NCBI GenBank assembly: GCA_965208575.1
Contig: CBDBOV010000002.1
Location: 352,001-416,000 of the forward strand
Direction: 5' to 3'
Origin: Spirochaetia bacterium
GTDB taxonomy: Bacteria; Spirochaetota; Spirochaetia; SZUA-6; Bin103
DNA: 64,000 nucleotides
Position 1 is the stretch's first letter. Each line of letters begins with the position of its first letter. The position numbers and the translations under genes were made by a program. The notes below the pieces were generated by a model. That model did no database searches. It had not been told where the DNA came from and worked only from the letters and a program-made list of their open reading frames with translations. Shown here piece by piece: positions 31,801-46,800 of the stretch.

Positions 31801-34800
31801 GACGGTGGCGCTGAGCGGTTCGCCGTCGCTCTCCGGCGCGACGCTGACCCTGACGCTGGCGAGCGCGGTGGTGGGGACCGACACCGGGGTGAAGGTGAGC
31901 TACACCAAGCCGACGACGGGCACGGCCAACACGCTGCGGGACGCGGTCGGCAACGACGTGAAGAGCTTTTCCGGCGTGGCGGTAACGCCGATCAGGGGGG
32001 TGAGCGCGGTGGCGCTGGTGTCGGCGCCGCCCGCGGGGCAGAACGACACCTACAAGGTGGGCGATGAGGTGCGCGCGCGGGTGACGTTCAACGGCCCGGT
32101 GGACGTGACGGGCAGCCCGGTGCTGAAGCTGGATTTCGACCCGGCGGAGTGGGGCGAGAAGTCGATGACCTTCGACGCCACCCGGAGCCGGACGAACACG
32201 ACGACGCTGGAGTTCACCTACGAGGTGGTGGCGGACAACCTCTCCACGCAGGGCATCGCGTTCTACGCGAACAAGCTGAGCGCGGGCGGGAGCGTGAGCA
32301 TCCGCACGGCGGGGACGCAGCAGGACGCGGACCTGGCGTTCGCCAAGGTGGAGCACGACGCGGACCACAAGGTGGACGGGGTCCTGCCTGATCTGATTGC
32401 GACCGCGCCGGTGTCGGTGACCTCGGCGGCGGGGGCGGACGCCACCTACGCAATCGGCGACCCGATCGAGATCACGGCGACGTTCAACGAGGCGGTGACG
32501 GTGACCACGGCCGGGACCCCGGTGGCGGGGCCGCGGCTCGCGTTCACGCTGGGGTCGGGGACGAAGCACGCGGTGTACGCGTCGGGCAGCGGCACGGCGG
32601 CGCTGGTGTTCCGCTACCCGGTGGCGGAGGGCGATGCGGACGCCGACGGCATTGCGATCGTCGGGAACGGGTTGGGACTGAACGGCGGCACGATCGCGGA
32701 CGCGGCCGGGAACGCGGCGGCGGCCGAGCAGCTTGAGCACGCGGCATTGGATCGGCTCACCAGCCACAAGGTGGACGGGGTGCGCCCGACGGTGCGGAGC
32801 GCGGCGGCGGCCGGCACGAAGCTGAAGGTGACGTTCAGCGAGACGCTGGGGGCGGCGTCGAGCCTGGCGAACGGCGCGTTCGAGGTGAAGAAGACCCCGC
32901 GGGGCGGGGTGGAGCAGACGGTGACGCTGAGCGGTTCGCCGTCGATCAGCGGGGCGACGCTGACCCTGACGCTGGCGAGCGCGGTGGTGGGGACCGACAC
33001 CGCCATCAAGGTGAGCTACATCAGGCCGACGACGGGCACGGCCAACACGCTGCGGGACGCGGTTGGCAATGACGCGGAGAACTTCGCCGACCAGGCGGTG
33101 CCGGTCGGCAACTTCGCGCCGAGCTTCGCGTCGGATGCTCCGTCGCGGTTCAGCGTGGCCGAGAACAGCGCCGCGGGCGCGGCGGTGGGCACGGTGGCGG
33201 CCACCGACCCGGACGGCGGCACGCTGACCTATTCCCTGACCAGCGCCGGCACCGACCACGAAGCGTTCGCCATCGACAGCGGCGGCCGGATCACGGTGGC
33301 GTCCGGCGCGACGCTGGACCACGAGTCGCAGTCGAGCTACTCGCTCACCGTGCGGGTGCACGACGGCGGGAATTTCTTCGGCGGCCCGGACACCGCCGTG
33401 GATGCGTCTCACCGCTTGACCATCACGGTGACGGACTTGACGGTCGAACCGCCGGGGACGCCGTCGAAGCCGACGGTGACGGGGCGCACGCCGAGCAGCT
33501 TGCGGGTGAGCTGGACCGCGCCGGACATGACCGGCCGGCCGGCGATCACGGATTACGACGTTCGCTGGTTCAAGGGCAGCGCCGACCCGGCGCAGGACGC
33601 GCAGTGGACCAGGCACTTCCACGCCGGGGCCGCGACGCGCACCACCATCGCCGAACTGGACCCCGGCAGCGCCTACCGGGTGCAGGTGCGGGCCGTGAAC
33701 GCCGACGGCAAGAGCCCCTGGACCACCTCCGGCCAGGGCCGCACAACGTCGTCGGCGGCGCCGGCACGATGCGGATCGACCTCGGATCCCGAGGAGTGGA
33801 TCGCGTCGGTCACGTCGACCGCGACATCGATCACCTTCACCTTCAAGAACAGCCTTCCGCAGGTTACCGCGGGGGTTCTTGTGCAGATCTGTCGGCCCGA
33901 GTCATCCACTTCGGGCCGGTACCGACGCTCGCAGGCCTCCAGCATTTTTGGTAACCCTGCCGGGGGAAGCAGCCACACGATTGCGGACTTCGACGATCAT
34001 CGAGGCGGAAGGATCGCTCTGCAACCGGGCACCGACTACTGGCTGCGTGTCGACTCCCAATACACCGCGAATGCCAGCGCCTGGCACTACATCGCCACCA
34101 AACCGAGCCTGGCGGTAAGCGCCGTGGCGCTGGTGTCGGAGCCGACGGTGGACGCGGACGGGGACGGCACGAACGAGACCTACAAGGTGGGCGACACGGT
34201 GCGCGCGCGGGTGACGTTCAACCGCCCGGTGGACGTGACGGGCAGCCCGGTGCTGAAGCTGGATTTCGACCCGGCGGACTGGGGCGAGAAGTCGATGACC
34301 TTCGACGCCGCCCGGAGCCGGACGAACACGACGACGCTGGAGTTCACCTACGAGGTGGTGGCGGGCAACCTCTCCACGCAGGGCATCGCGTTGCACGCCA
34401 ACGAGCTGCGCCTGGGCGCGGGGGCGAGCATCCGCGCGGCGGGCAAGCAGCAGAACGCCGACCTGACCTTTGCCAAGGTGGAGCACGACGCGGCTCACAA
34501 GGTGGACGGGGTCGCGCCGGCGCTGATTGCAGCCGCCCCGGTCTCGGTGACCTCGGCGGCGGGGGACGACGCCACCTACGCGATCGGCGACCCGATCGAG
34601 ATCTCGGCGACGTTCAACGAGGCGGTGACGGTGACCGCGGCCGGGACCCCAGGGGCGGGGCCGCGGCTCGCGTTCACGCTGGGGTCGGGGACGAAGCACG
34701 CGGTATACCACTCGGGCAGCGGCACGGCGGCGCCGGTGTTCCGCTACACGGTGGCGGAGGGCGATGCGGACGCCGATGGCATCGCCGTGGCCGAGAACGG

Positions 34801-37800
34801 GTTGGGACTGAACGGCGGCGCGATCGCGGACGCGGCGGGGAACGTCGCGGCGGCCGCGCAGCTCCGGCACCCGGCCGTCGCGGCGCTCGCCACCCACAAG
34901 GTGGACGGCGTGCGTCCGACGGTGCGGGGCGCGACAGTGGACGGCAAGACGCTGAGGGTGACGTTCAGCGAGACGCTGGGGCCGGCTGCGAGGCTCGCGA
35001 ACGGCGCCTTCGTGGTGAAGAAAACCCCGCAGGGCGAGATGGAGCAGACGGTGACGCTGAGCGGCTCGCCGTCGATCGCGGGCGCGTCGGTGACGCTGAC
35101 CCTGGCGAACAAGGTGCTGCGCACCGACACCGGGGTGAAGGTGAGCTACACCGCACCCACTACGGGTGCGGATAACAGGCTGCGGGACGCGGCCGGCAAC
35201 GACGCGGAAGACTTTCCCGACGTGACGGCCTCGTTTTCCAATGGGGTGAGCGCCGTGGCGCTGGTGTCGGCGCCGCCGGCCGGGCAGAACGACACCTACA
35301 AGGTGGGCGACGTGGTGCGCGCGCGGGTGACGTTCGGCAGCCCGGTGGACGTGGTCGGCAACCCGGTGCTGAAGCTGCAGTTCGCGGAGGATTCCGGCGA
35401 GAAGAGCATGACCTTCGACGCCACCCGGAGCCGGACGAACACGACGACGCTGGAGTTCACCTATACGGTGGGAGCCGGCGACCGCTCCACGCAGGGCATC
35501 GCGTTCTACGCGAACAAGTTGAGCGTGGGCGAGGGGGGAAGCATCCGCACGGCGGGGACGCAGCAGAACGCCGACCTGACCTTTCCCAAGGTGAACCACG
35601 ATGCGGGGCACAAGGTGGACGGGACCTTGCCCGCGCTGATTGCGAACGATCCGATCACGGTGACCTCGTCGGCGGGGCCGGACAAAACCTACGCGGTCGG
35701 CGAGACGATCGACATCACCGCGACGTTCACTGAGCCGGTGACGGTGACGACATTCGGCAACCCGGTGGAACAGCCGAGCTTAGTTTTCAGCGTCGGCACT
35801 ATCTGGGATTTTAGAACTGCGGTGTACCACTCGGGCAGCGGCACGAACAAGCTGGTGTTCCGCTACACGGTGGCCGCGAGCGATACCGACACCGACGGCG
35901 TATCCTTCGTCGGGTACGCTATTTCGCTGGGACCGCGTGGAAAAACCGCCAAGATCGCCGACGCCGTGGGGAACGCGGCGGGGCGCGACCAGCTCGCGAA
36001 CGTCGCCGCCGGGCCGCTCTCCAGCCACAAGGTGGACGGCAGCCTGACGGTCTCCGACACGCCGCCGCTTTTCGTGAGCGCGACGGTCGACGGCGCGGCG
36101 CTCACCCTGAACTACAACGAGGAGCTGGACGGAACCTCGGAGCCCGTATCGGGCGCCTTCGCGGTGAAGGTGAACGGGAATGCGGTGAATCTCGCCGCGT
36201 CCGACCCGGTGGAGGTGGCCGGTACCACGGTGACGCTGACGCTCGCTCAGGCGGTCACCCGCGGACAGACGGTGACGGTGAGCTATACGGCGCCGTCCGA
36301 GAATCCGATTCGGGACTCTGACGGCAACCGCGCGGGGAGTATCTCTGAGCAGCCGGTCGCGGTCACCGTGGGCGCGAGCGTGGCGGCGCCGACGTTCAGC
36401 CCGGCCGCCGGCGCCACCGCCGGCCCCGGCACGAGCATCACGCTGACCTTCGCCGAGGCGCTGCGCAAGGACGCGTCCGGCACGGAGCTGGCGAACGGCG
36501 ACCTGGCCGCCATCCTGACGCTGAAGACGACCGACGCCGACGGCACCGACATCGGCTTCACGGCGACTATCGACGCGGCGAAGCAGGTGATCACCGTCAC
36601 GCCGAACAACGCCCTGGCCGGAGGCGCGGTGTTCGTGGCGATCTCGGGTAGTTACTTCGACGAACACGGCAACCAGGGCGCGGCGGCGAGCGCGACGTTC
36701 ACGGTAGACGTGACCGCGCCGGCGGCGCCGGCGTTCAGCCCGGCGGGCGGCGCGACGGTGACTGACGCGGCGCGCAACCTCACGCTGACCTTCGCGGAGG
36801 CGATCCACAAGGACGCGTCCGGCACGGAGCTGGGGAACGGCGACCTGGCCGGCATCCTGACGCTGAAGACGGACGACGAGAACGGCACCGACATCGGGTT
36901 CACGGCGACCATCGACGCGGCCATGCAGGTGATCACGGTCGCCCCGACGGCGGACCTGGCCGATGGCGCGGTGTACGTGGCGATCTCGGACGGCTACTAC
37001 GACGAGCACGGCAACCAGGGCACGGCGGCAAGCGCCACCTTCACCGTCGACACCAGCGTGACAGCGCCGACGTTCAGCCCGGCGGCCGACACCACGGCCG
37101 GTCCCGGCACGAGCATCACGCTGACCTTCGCCGAAGCGCTGCGCAAGGACGCGTCCGGCATGGCGCTGGCGAACGACGACCTGGCCGGCATCCTGACGCT
37201 GAAGACGGACGACGAGAACGGCACCGACATCGGGTTCACGGCGACCATCGACGCGGCGAAGCAGGTGATCACGGTCGCCCCGACGGCTAACCTGGCCGGC
37301 GGCGACGTCTATGTCGCGATCTCGGACGGCTACTACGACGAGCACGGCAACCAGGGCGCGGCGGCGAGCGCGACGTTCACGGTAGACGCCACCGCGCCGG
37401 CGGCGCCGGCGTTCAGCCCGGCGGGCGGCGCGACGGTGACTGACGCGGCGGGCAACCTCACGCTCAGGTTCGCCGAGGCGATCCACAAGGACGCGCAGGG
37501 CGGCGACTTCGCCGCCACCGATCTCGCCGGCATCCTGACGCTGAAGACGACCGACGCCGACGGCACCGACATCGGGTTCACGGCGACCATCGACGCGGCG
37601 AAGCAGGTGATCACCCTCGACCCGACGGCGGACCTGGCCGACGGCGCGGTGTACGTGGCCGTCTCGGACGGCTACTTCGATAAGTACGGCAACCAGGGCA
37701 CGGCCGCAAGCGCCACCTTCACCGTCGACACCAGCGTGGCGGCGCCAACGTTCAGCCCGGCCGCCGGCGCCACCGCCGGCCCGGGCACGAGCATCACGCT

Positions 37801-40800
37801 GACCTTCGCCGAAGCGCTGCGCAAGGACGCGTCCGGTACGGCGCTCGCGAACGGCGACCTCGCCGCGCTGCTGACACTGAAGACGGGCGACGCGGACGGC
37901 ACGGACATCGGCTTCAGGGCGACCATCGACGTGGCGAAGCAGGTGATCACGGTCGACCCGACGGCGGACCTGGCCGGCGGTGACGTCTATGTCGCGATCT
38001 CGGACGGCTACTACGACGAGCACGGCAACCAGGGCGCGGCGGCGAGCGCGACGTTCACGGTAGACGCCACCGCGCCGGCGGCGCCGGCGTTCAGCCCGGC
38101 GGGCGGCGCGACGGTGACTGACGCGGCGGGCAACCTCACGCTCACGTTCGCTGAGGCGATCCACAAGGACGCCCAGGGCGGCGACTTCGCCGCCACCGAT
38201 CTCGCCGGCATCCTGACGCTGAAGACAGGCAACGCGGACGGCACGGGCATCGGCTTCACGGCGACCATCGACGCGGCGAAGAGGGTGATCACGGTCGACC
38301 CGACGGCGGACTTGGCCGACGGCGACGTCCATGTCGCGGTCACGGACGGCTACTACGACGAGCACGGCAACCAGGGCCCGGCGGCAAGCGCCACCTTCAC
38401 CGTCGACACCAGTGTGGCGGCGCCAACGTTCAGCCCGGCCGCCGGCGCCACCGCGGGCCCCGGCACGAGCATCACGCTGACCTTCTCCGAGGCGCTGCGC
38501 AAGGACGCGTCCGACACGGCACTGGCGGACGGCGACCTTGCCGGCATCCTGACGCTGAAGACGACCGACGCCGACGGCACCGACATCGGCTTCACGGCGA
38601 CCATCGATGCGGCGAAGCAGGTGATCACCGTCACGCCGACCAACGGCTTGGCCGGAGGCGCGGTGTACGTGGCCGTCACGGACGGCTACTACGACGAACA
38701 CGGCAACCAGGGCGCGGCGGCGAGCGCGACGTTCACGGTAGACGCTACCGCGCCGGCGGCGCCGGCGTTCAGCCCGGCGGGCGGCGCGACGGTGACTGAC
38801 GCGGCGAGCCACCTCACGCTCACGTTCGCCGAGGCGATCCACAAGGACGCCCAGGGCGGCGACTTCGCCACCACCGACCTCGCCGGCATCCTGACGCTGA
38901 AGACGGACGACGAGAACGGCACCGACATCGGGTTCACGGCGACCATCGACGCGGCGAAGCAGGTGATCACGGTCGACCCGACGGCGGACCTGGCCGAGGG
39001 CGCGGTGTACGTGGCGGTCTCGGACGGCTACTACGACGAGCACGGCAACCAGGGTACGGCGGCAAGCGCGACCTTCACTGTCGACACCAGCGTGACGGCG
39101 CCGACGTTCAGCCCGGCCGCCGGCGCCACCGCCGGCCCCGGCACGAGCATCACGCTGACATTCGCCGAGGCGCTGCGCAAGGACGCGGCCGGCACCGCAC
39201 TGGCGAACGGCGACCTCGCCGCGCTGCTGACACTGAAGACGGGCGACGTTGACGGCCCGGCCATCGGGTTCACGGCGACCATCAATGCGGCGAAGCAGGT
39301 GATCACGGTCGACCCGACGGCGAACCTGGCCGGCGGCGACGTCTATGTCGCGATCTCGGACGGCTACTACGACGAGCACGGCAACCAGGGCGCGGCGGCG
39401 GGCGCGACGTTCACGGTGGACGCGACCGCGCCGGCGGCGCCGGCGTTCAGCCCGGCCGGCGTGACGGTGACTGACGCGGCGGGCAACCTCACACTCACGT
39501 TCGCTGAGGCGATCCACAAGGACGCGCAGGGCGGCGACTTCGCCACCACCGACCTCGCCGGCATCCTGACGCTGAAGACAGGCAACGCGGACGGCACGGG
39601 CATCGGCTTCACGGCGACCATCGACGCGGCGAAGCAGGTGATCACGGTCGACCCGACGGCAGACCTGGCCGATGGCGCGGTGTACGTGGCCGTCTCGGAC
39701 GGCTACTTCGATAAGTACGGCAACCAGGGCACGGCCGCAAGCGCCACCTTCACCGTCGACACCAGCGTGGCGGCGCCAACGTTCAGCCCGGCCGCCGGCG
39801 CCACCGCCGGCCCCGGCACGAGCATCACGCTGACCTTCGCCGAAGCGCTGCGCAAGGACGCGTCCGGTACGGCGCTCGCGAACGGCGACCTCGCCGCGCT
39901 GCTGACACTGAAGACGGGCGACGCGGACGGCACGGACATCGGCTTCACGGCGACCATCGACGCGGCGAAGCAGGTGATCACCGTCACGCCGACCAACGGC
40001 TTGGCCGGAGGCGCGGTGTACGTGGCCGTCACGGACGGCTACTACGACGAACACGGCAACCAGGGCGCGGCGGCGAGCGCGACGTTCACGGTAGACGCTA
40101 CCGCGCCGGCGGCGCCGGCGTTCAGCCCGGCGGGCGGCGCGACGGTGACTGACGCGGCGAGCCACCTCACGCTCACGTTCGCCGAGGCGATCCACAAGGA
40201 CGCCCAGGGCGGCGACTTCGCCACCACCGACCTCGCCGGCATCCTGACGCTGAAGACAGGCAACGCGGACGGCACGGGCATCGGCTTCACGGCGACCATC
40301 GACGCGGCGAAGCAGGTGATCACGGTCGACCCGACGGCGGACCTGGCCGAGGGCGCGGTGTACGTGGCGGTCTCGGACGGCTACTACGACGAGCACGGCA
40401 ACCAGGGTACGGCGGCAAGCGCGACCTTCACTGTCGACACCAGCGTGACGGCGCCGACGTTCAGCCCGGCCGCCGGCGCCACCGCCGGCCCCGGCACGAG
40501 CATCACGCTGACATTCGCCGAGGCGCTGCGCAAGGACGCGGCCGGCACCGCACTGGCGAACGGCGACCTCGCCGCGCTGCTGACACTGAAGACGGGCGAC
40601 GTTGACGGCCCGGCCATCGGGTTCACGGCGACCATCAATGCGGCGAAGCAGGTGATCACGGTCGACCCGACGGCGAACCTGGCCGGCGGCGACGTCTATG
40701 TCGCGATCTCGGACGGCTACTACGACGAGCACGGCAACCAGGGCGCGGCGGCGGGCGCGACGTTCACGGTGGACGCGACCGCGCCGGCGGCGCCGGCGTT

Positions 40801-43800
40801 CAGCCCGGCGGCCGGCGTGACGGTGACTGACGCGGCGGGCAACCTCACGCTCACGTTCGCTGAGGCGATCCACAAGGACGCCCAGGGCGGCGACTTCGCC
40901 ACCACCGACCTCGCCGGCATCCTGACGCTGAAGACAGGCAACGCGGACGGCACGGGCATCGGCTTCACGGCGACCATCGACGCGGCGAAGCAGGTGATCA
41001 CGGTCGACCCGACGGCAGACCTGGCCGATGGCGCGGTGTACGTGGCCGTCTCGGACGGCTACTTCGATAAGTACGGCAACCAGGGCACGGCCGCAAGCGC
41101 CACCTTCACCGTCGACACCAGCGTGGCGGCGCCAACGTTCAGCCCGGCCGCCGGCGCCACCGCCGGCCCGGGCACGAGCATCACGCTGACCTTCGCCGAA
41201 GCGCTGCGCAAGGACGCGTCCGGTACGGCGCTCGCGAACGGCGACCTCGCCGCGTTGCTGACGCTGAAGACAACCGACGCGGACGGCCCGGACATCGGCT
41301 TCACGGCGACTATCGACGCGGCGAAGCAGGTGATCACGGTCGACCCGACGGCGAATCTGGCCGGCGGCGACGTCTATGTCGCGATCACGGACGGTTACTT
41401 CGACGAACACGGCAACCAGGGCGCGGCGGCGAGCGCGACGTTCACGGTGGACGCGACCGCGCCGGCGGCGCCGGCGTTCAGCCCCGTCGCCGGAGCGACG
41501 GTGACTGACGCGGCGGACAACATCACGCTCACGTTCGCCGAGGCGATCCACAAGGACGCGTCCGGCACGGATCTGGCGATCGGCGACCTCGCCGGCATCC
41601 TGACGCTGAAGAGGGGCGATGCCGACGGCACCGATGTCGGCTTCACGGCGACCATCGACGCGGCGGAGCAGGTGATCACCCTCGACCCGACGGCGGACCT
41701 GGCCGATGGCGCGGTGTACGTGGCGATCACGAACGGCTACTTCGACGAGCACGGCAACCAGGGCGCGGCGGCAAGCGCGACCTTCACTGTCGACACCAGC
41801 GTGGCGGCGCCAACGTTCAGCCCGGCCGCCGGCGCGACTGCGGGCCCCGGCGCGAGCATCACGCTGACCTTCGCCGAGGCGCTGCGCAAGGACGCGTCCG
41901 GCACGGCGCTGGCGAACGGCGACCTCGGCGCGTTGCTGACGCTGAAGACAACCGACGCGGACGGCCCGGACATCGGCTTCACGGCGACTATCGACGCGGC
42001 GAAGCAGGTGATCACGGTCGACCCGACGGCGAACCTGGCCGGCGGCGACGTCTATGTCGCGATCACGGACGGTTACTTCGACGAACACGGCAACCAGGGC
42101 GCGGCGGCAAGCGCGACGTTCACGGTGGACGCGACCGCGCCGGCGGCGCCGGCGTTCAGCCCCGTCGCCGGAGCGACGGTGACTGACGCGGCGGACAACA
42201 TCACGCTCACGTTCGCCGAGGCGATCCACAAGGACGCGTCCGGCACGGATCTGGCGATCGGCGACCTCGCCGGCATCCTGACGCTGAAGAGGGGCGATGC
42301 CGACGGCACCGATGTCGGCTTCACGGCGACCATCGACGCGGCGAAGCAGGTGATCACCCTCGACCCGACGGCGGACCTGGCCGATGGCGCGGTTTACGTG
42401 GCGATCACGAACGGCTACTTCGACGAGCACGGCAACCAGGGCGCGGCGGCAAGCGCGACCTTCACTGTCGACACCAGCGTGGCGGCGCCAACGTTCAGCC
42501 CGGCCGCCGGCGCGACTGCGGGCCCCGGCACGAGCATCACGCTGACCTTCGCCGAGGCGCTGCGCAAGGACGCGTCCGGCACGGCGCTGGCGGCCGGCGA
42601 CCTGGCCGGCATCCTGACGCTGAAGACGACCGATGCCGACGGCACGGACATCGGCTTCACGGCGACCATCAATGCGGCGAAGCAGGTGATCACGGTCGAG
42701 CCGACGGCGAACCTGGCCGGCGGTGAGGTCTATGTCGCGATCTCGGACGGCTACTACGACGAGCACGGCAACCAGGGCGCGGCGGCAAGCGCGACGTTCA
42801 CGGTAGACGCGACCGCGCCGGCGGCGCCGACGTTCCGGCCGGCGGCCGGCGCGACGGTGACTGACGCGGCGGGCAACCTCACGCTGACCTTCGCGGAGGC
42901 GCTGCACAAGGACGCGTCCGGTACGGCGCTGGCGATCGGCGACCTCGCCGGCATCCTGACGCTGAAGAGGGGCGATGCCGACGGCAACGATATCGGGTTT
43001 GCGGCGACCATCGACGCGGCGAAGCAGGTGATCACGGTCGACCCGACGGCGGACCTGGCCGACGGCGCGGTGTACGTGGCGGTCTCGGACGGCTACTTCG
43101 ACGAGCACGGCAACCAGGGCACGTCCGCAAGCGCCACCTTCACCGTCGACACCAGCGTGGCGGCGCCGACGTTCAGCCCGGCGGCCGACACCACGGCCGG
43201 TCCCGGCACGAGCATCACGCTGACCTTCGCCGAAGCGCTGCGCAAGGACGCGTCCGGCACGGCGCTCGCGAACGACGACCTGGCCGGCATCCTCACGTTG
43301 AAGACGACCGATGCCGACGGCACGGACATCGGCTTCACGGCGACCATCGATGCGGCGGAGCAGGTGATCACGGTCGCCCCGACGGCGGACCTGGCCGGCG
43401 GCGACGTCTATGTCGCGATCTCGGACGGCTACTTCGACGAGCACGGCAACCAGGGTACGGCGGCGAGCGCGACGTTCACGGTGGACGCGACCGCGCCGGC
43501 GGCGCCAGCGTTCAGCCCGGCGTCCGGCGCGACGGTGGCTGACGCGGCGGGCAACCTCACGCTGACCTTCGCGGAAGCGATCCACAAGGACGCGTCCGGC
43601 ACGGCGCTTGCGAACGGCGACCTGGCCGGCATCCTGACGCTGAAGACGGGCGACGCGGACGGCACGGCCATCGGCTACACGGCGACCATCGACGCGGCGA
43701 AGCAGGTGATCACGGTCGCCCCGACGGCGGACCTGGCCGACGGCGCGGTGTACGTGGCGGTCACGGACGGCTACTTCGACGAGCACGGCAACCAGGGCTC

Positions 43801-46800
43801 GGCGGCAAGCGCGACCTTCACTGTCGACACCAGCGTGACGGCGCCGACGTTCAGCCCGGCCGCCGGCGCCACCGCCGGCCCCGGCACGAGCATCACGCTG
43901 ACCTTCGCGGAGGCGTTGCGCAAGGACGCCACCGGCACGGCGCTCGCGGCCGGCGACCTGGCCGGCATCCTGACGCTGAAGACGAGCGACGCGGACGGCA
44001 CGGACATCGGGTTCACGGCGACTATCGACGCGGCGAAGCAGGTCATCACCCTCGACCCGACGGCGGACCTGGCGGACGGCGCGGTGCACGTGGCGATCAC
44101 GAACGGCTACTACGACGAGCACGGCAACCAGGGCGCGGCGGCGAGCGCCACGTTCACGGTCGACGCGAGCGCGCCGACGGCGCCGACGTTCACCCCGGCC
44201 GGCGGCGCGACGGTGACCGACGCGGCCAGCAACATCACGCTGACCTTCGCCGAGGCGCTGCACAAGGACGCCCAGGGGGGCGAGTTCGCCGCCACCGATC
44301 TGGCCGGCATCCTGACGCTGAAGACGGGCGACGCGGACGGCACGGCCATCGGCTACACGGCGACCATCAACGCGGCGAAGACGGTGATCACCCTCGACCC
44401 GACGGCGGACCTGGCGGACGGCGCGGTGTACGTGGCGGTCACGGACGGCTACTTCGACGAGCACGGCAACCAGGGTGCGGCGGCGAGCGCCACGTTCGCC
44501 GTCGACACCAGCGTGGCGGCGCCAACGTTCAGCCCGGCTGCCGGCGCCACCGCCGGCCCCGGCACGAGCATCACGCTGACCTTCGCCGAAGCGCTGCGCA
44601 AGGACGCGTCCGGTACGGCGCTCGCGAACGGCGACCTTGCCGCGCTGCTGACACTGAAGACGAGCGACGCGGACGGCACGGATATCGGGTTCACGGCGAC
44701 CATCGATGCGGCGGAGCAGGTGATCACCGTCACCCCGACCAACGCCCTGGCCGAGGGCGCGGTGTACGTGGCGGTCACGGACGGCTACTTCGACGAGCAC
44801 GGCAACCAGGGTACGGCGGCGAGCGCGACGTTCACGGTGGACGCGAGCGCCCCGGCGGCGCCGACGTTCCGGCCGGCGGCCGGCGCGACGGTAACCGACG
44901 CGGCGGGCAACATTACGCTTACCTTCGCCGAACCGCTGCACAAGGACGCGGCCGGCACGGCGCTGGCGAACGGTGACTTGGCCGGCATCCTGACGCTGAA
45001 GACGGGCGATGAGAACGGGACGGCCATCGGCTTCACAGCGACCATCGACGCGGCGAAGCGGGTGATCACCCTCGACCCGACGGCGGAACTGGCCGACGGT
45101 GCGGTGTACGTGGCGGTCTCGGACGGCTACTACGATGCGCACGGCAACCAGGGCGCGGCGGCCAACGCCACCTTCACGGTCGACACCAGCGTGGCGGCGC
45201 CGACGTTCCTCCCGGCCGCCGGCGCCACCGCCGGCCCCGGCACGAGCATCACGCTGACCTTCGCCGAGGCGCTGCGCAAGGACGCGGCCGGCACGGCGCT
45301 GGCGAACGGTGACCTGGCCGGCATCCTGACGCTGAAGACGGGCGACGAGAACGGCACGGCCATCGGCTTCACGGCGACCATCGATGCGGCGGAGCAGGTG
45401 ATCACCGTCACCCCGACCAACGCCCTGGCCGAGGGCGCGGTGTACGTGGCGGTCACGGACGGCTACTTCGACGAGCACGGCAACCGGGGTGCGGCGGCGA
45501 GCGCGACGTTCACGGTGGACGCGAGCGCGCCGGCGCCGCCGACGTTCAGCCCGGCTGCCGGCGCGACGGTAACCGACGCGGCGAGCAACATCACGCTGAC
45601 TTTCGCGGAGGCGCTGCACAAGGACGCGTCCGGCACGGCGCTGGCGAACGGCGACCTGGCAGGGCTCCTGACGCTGAAGACGGGCGACGAGAACGGCACC
45701 GACATCGGCTACACGGCGACCATCGACGCGGCGAAGACGGTGATCACCCTCGACCCGACGGCGGACCTGGCCGACGGCGCGGTGTACGTGGCGGTCTCGG
45801 ACGGCTACTTCGACGAGCACGGCAACCAGGGCGCGGCGGCCAACGCCACGTTCACGGTCGACACCAGCGTGGCGGCGCCGACGTTCAGCCCGGCCGCCGG
45901 CGCGACCGCCGGCCCCGGCACGAGCATCACGCTGACCTTCGCCGAGGCGCTGCGCAAGGACGCGGCCGGCACGGCGCTGGCGAACGGCGACCTCGCCGCA
46001 CTGCTGACGCTGAAGACCGGCGACGCAGACGGCACGGCCATCGGCTTCACGGCGACCATCGACGCGGCGAAGCAGGTGATCACGGTCGACCCGACGACGA
46101 ACCTGGCGGACGGCGCGGTGTACGTGGCGATCACGAACGGCTACTACGACGAGCACGGCAACCAGGGCGCGGCGGCGAGCGCCACGTTCACGGTCGACGC
46201 GAGCGCGCCGACGGCGCCGACGTTCACCCCGGCCGGCGGCGCGACGGTGACCGACGCGGCCAGCAACATCACGCTGACCTTCGCCGAGGCGCTGCACAAG
46301 GACGCCCAGGGGGGCGAGTTCGCCGCCACCGATCTGGCCGGCATCCTGACGCTGAAGACGGGCGACGCGGACGGCACGGCCATCGGCTACACGGCGACCA
46401 TCGACGCGGCGAGGACGGTGATCACCCTCGACCCGACGGCGGACTTGGCCGACGGTGCGGTGTACGTGGCGGTCACGGACGGCTACTACGACGAGCATGG
46501 CAACCAGGGCGTGGCGGCGAGCGCGACGTTCACGGTCGACACCAGCGTGGCGACGCCGACGTTCAGCCCGGCCGCCGGCGCCACCGCCGGCCCCGGCACG
46601 AGCATCACGCTGACCTTCGCCGAAGCGCTGCGCAAGGACGCGTCCGGTACGGCGCTCGCGAACGGCGACCTGGCCGCGCTGCTGACACTGAAGACGAGCG
46701 ACGCGGACGGCACGGACATCGGGTTCACGGCGACCATCGATGCGGCGGAGCAGGTGATCACCGTCACCCCGACCAACGCCCTGGCCGAGGGCGCGGTGTA

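Noticed and set aside
26681-34099. Diversity-generating retroelement as the cause of the variable modules
   Set aside because: Differences include indels and non-adenine positions; no reverse transcriptase or template repeat in the window
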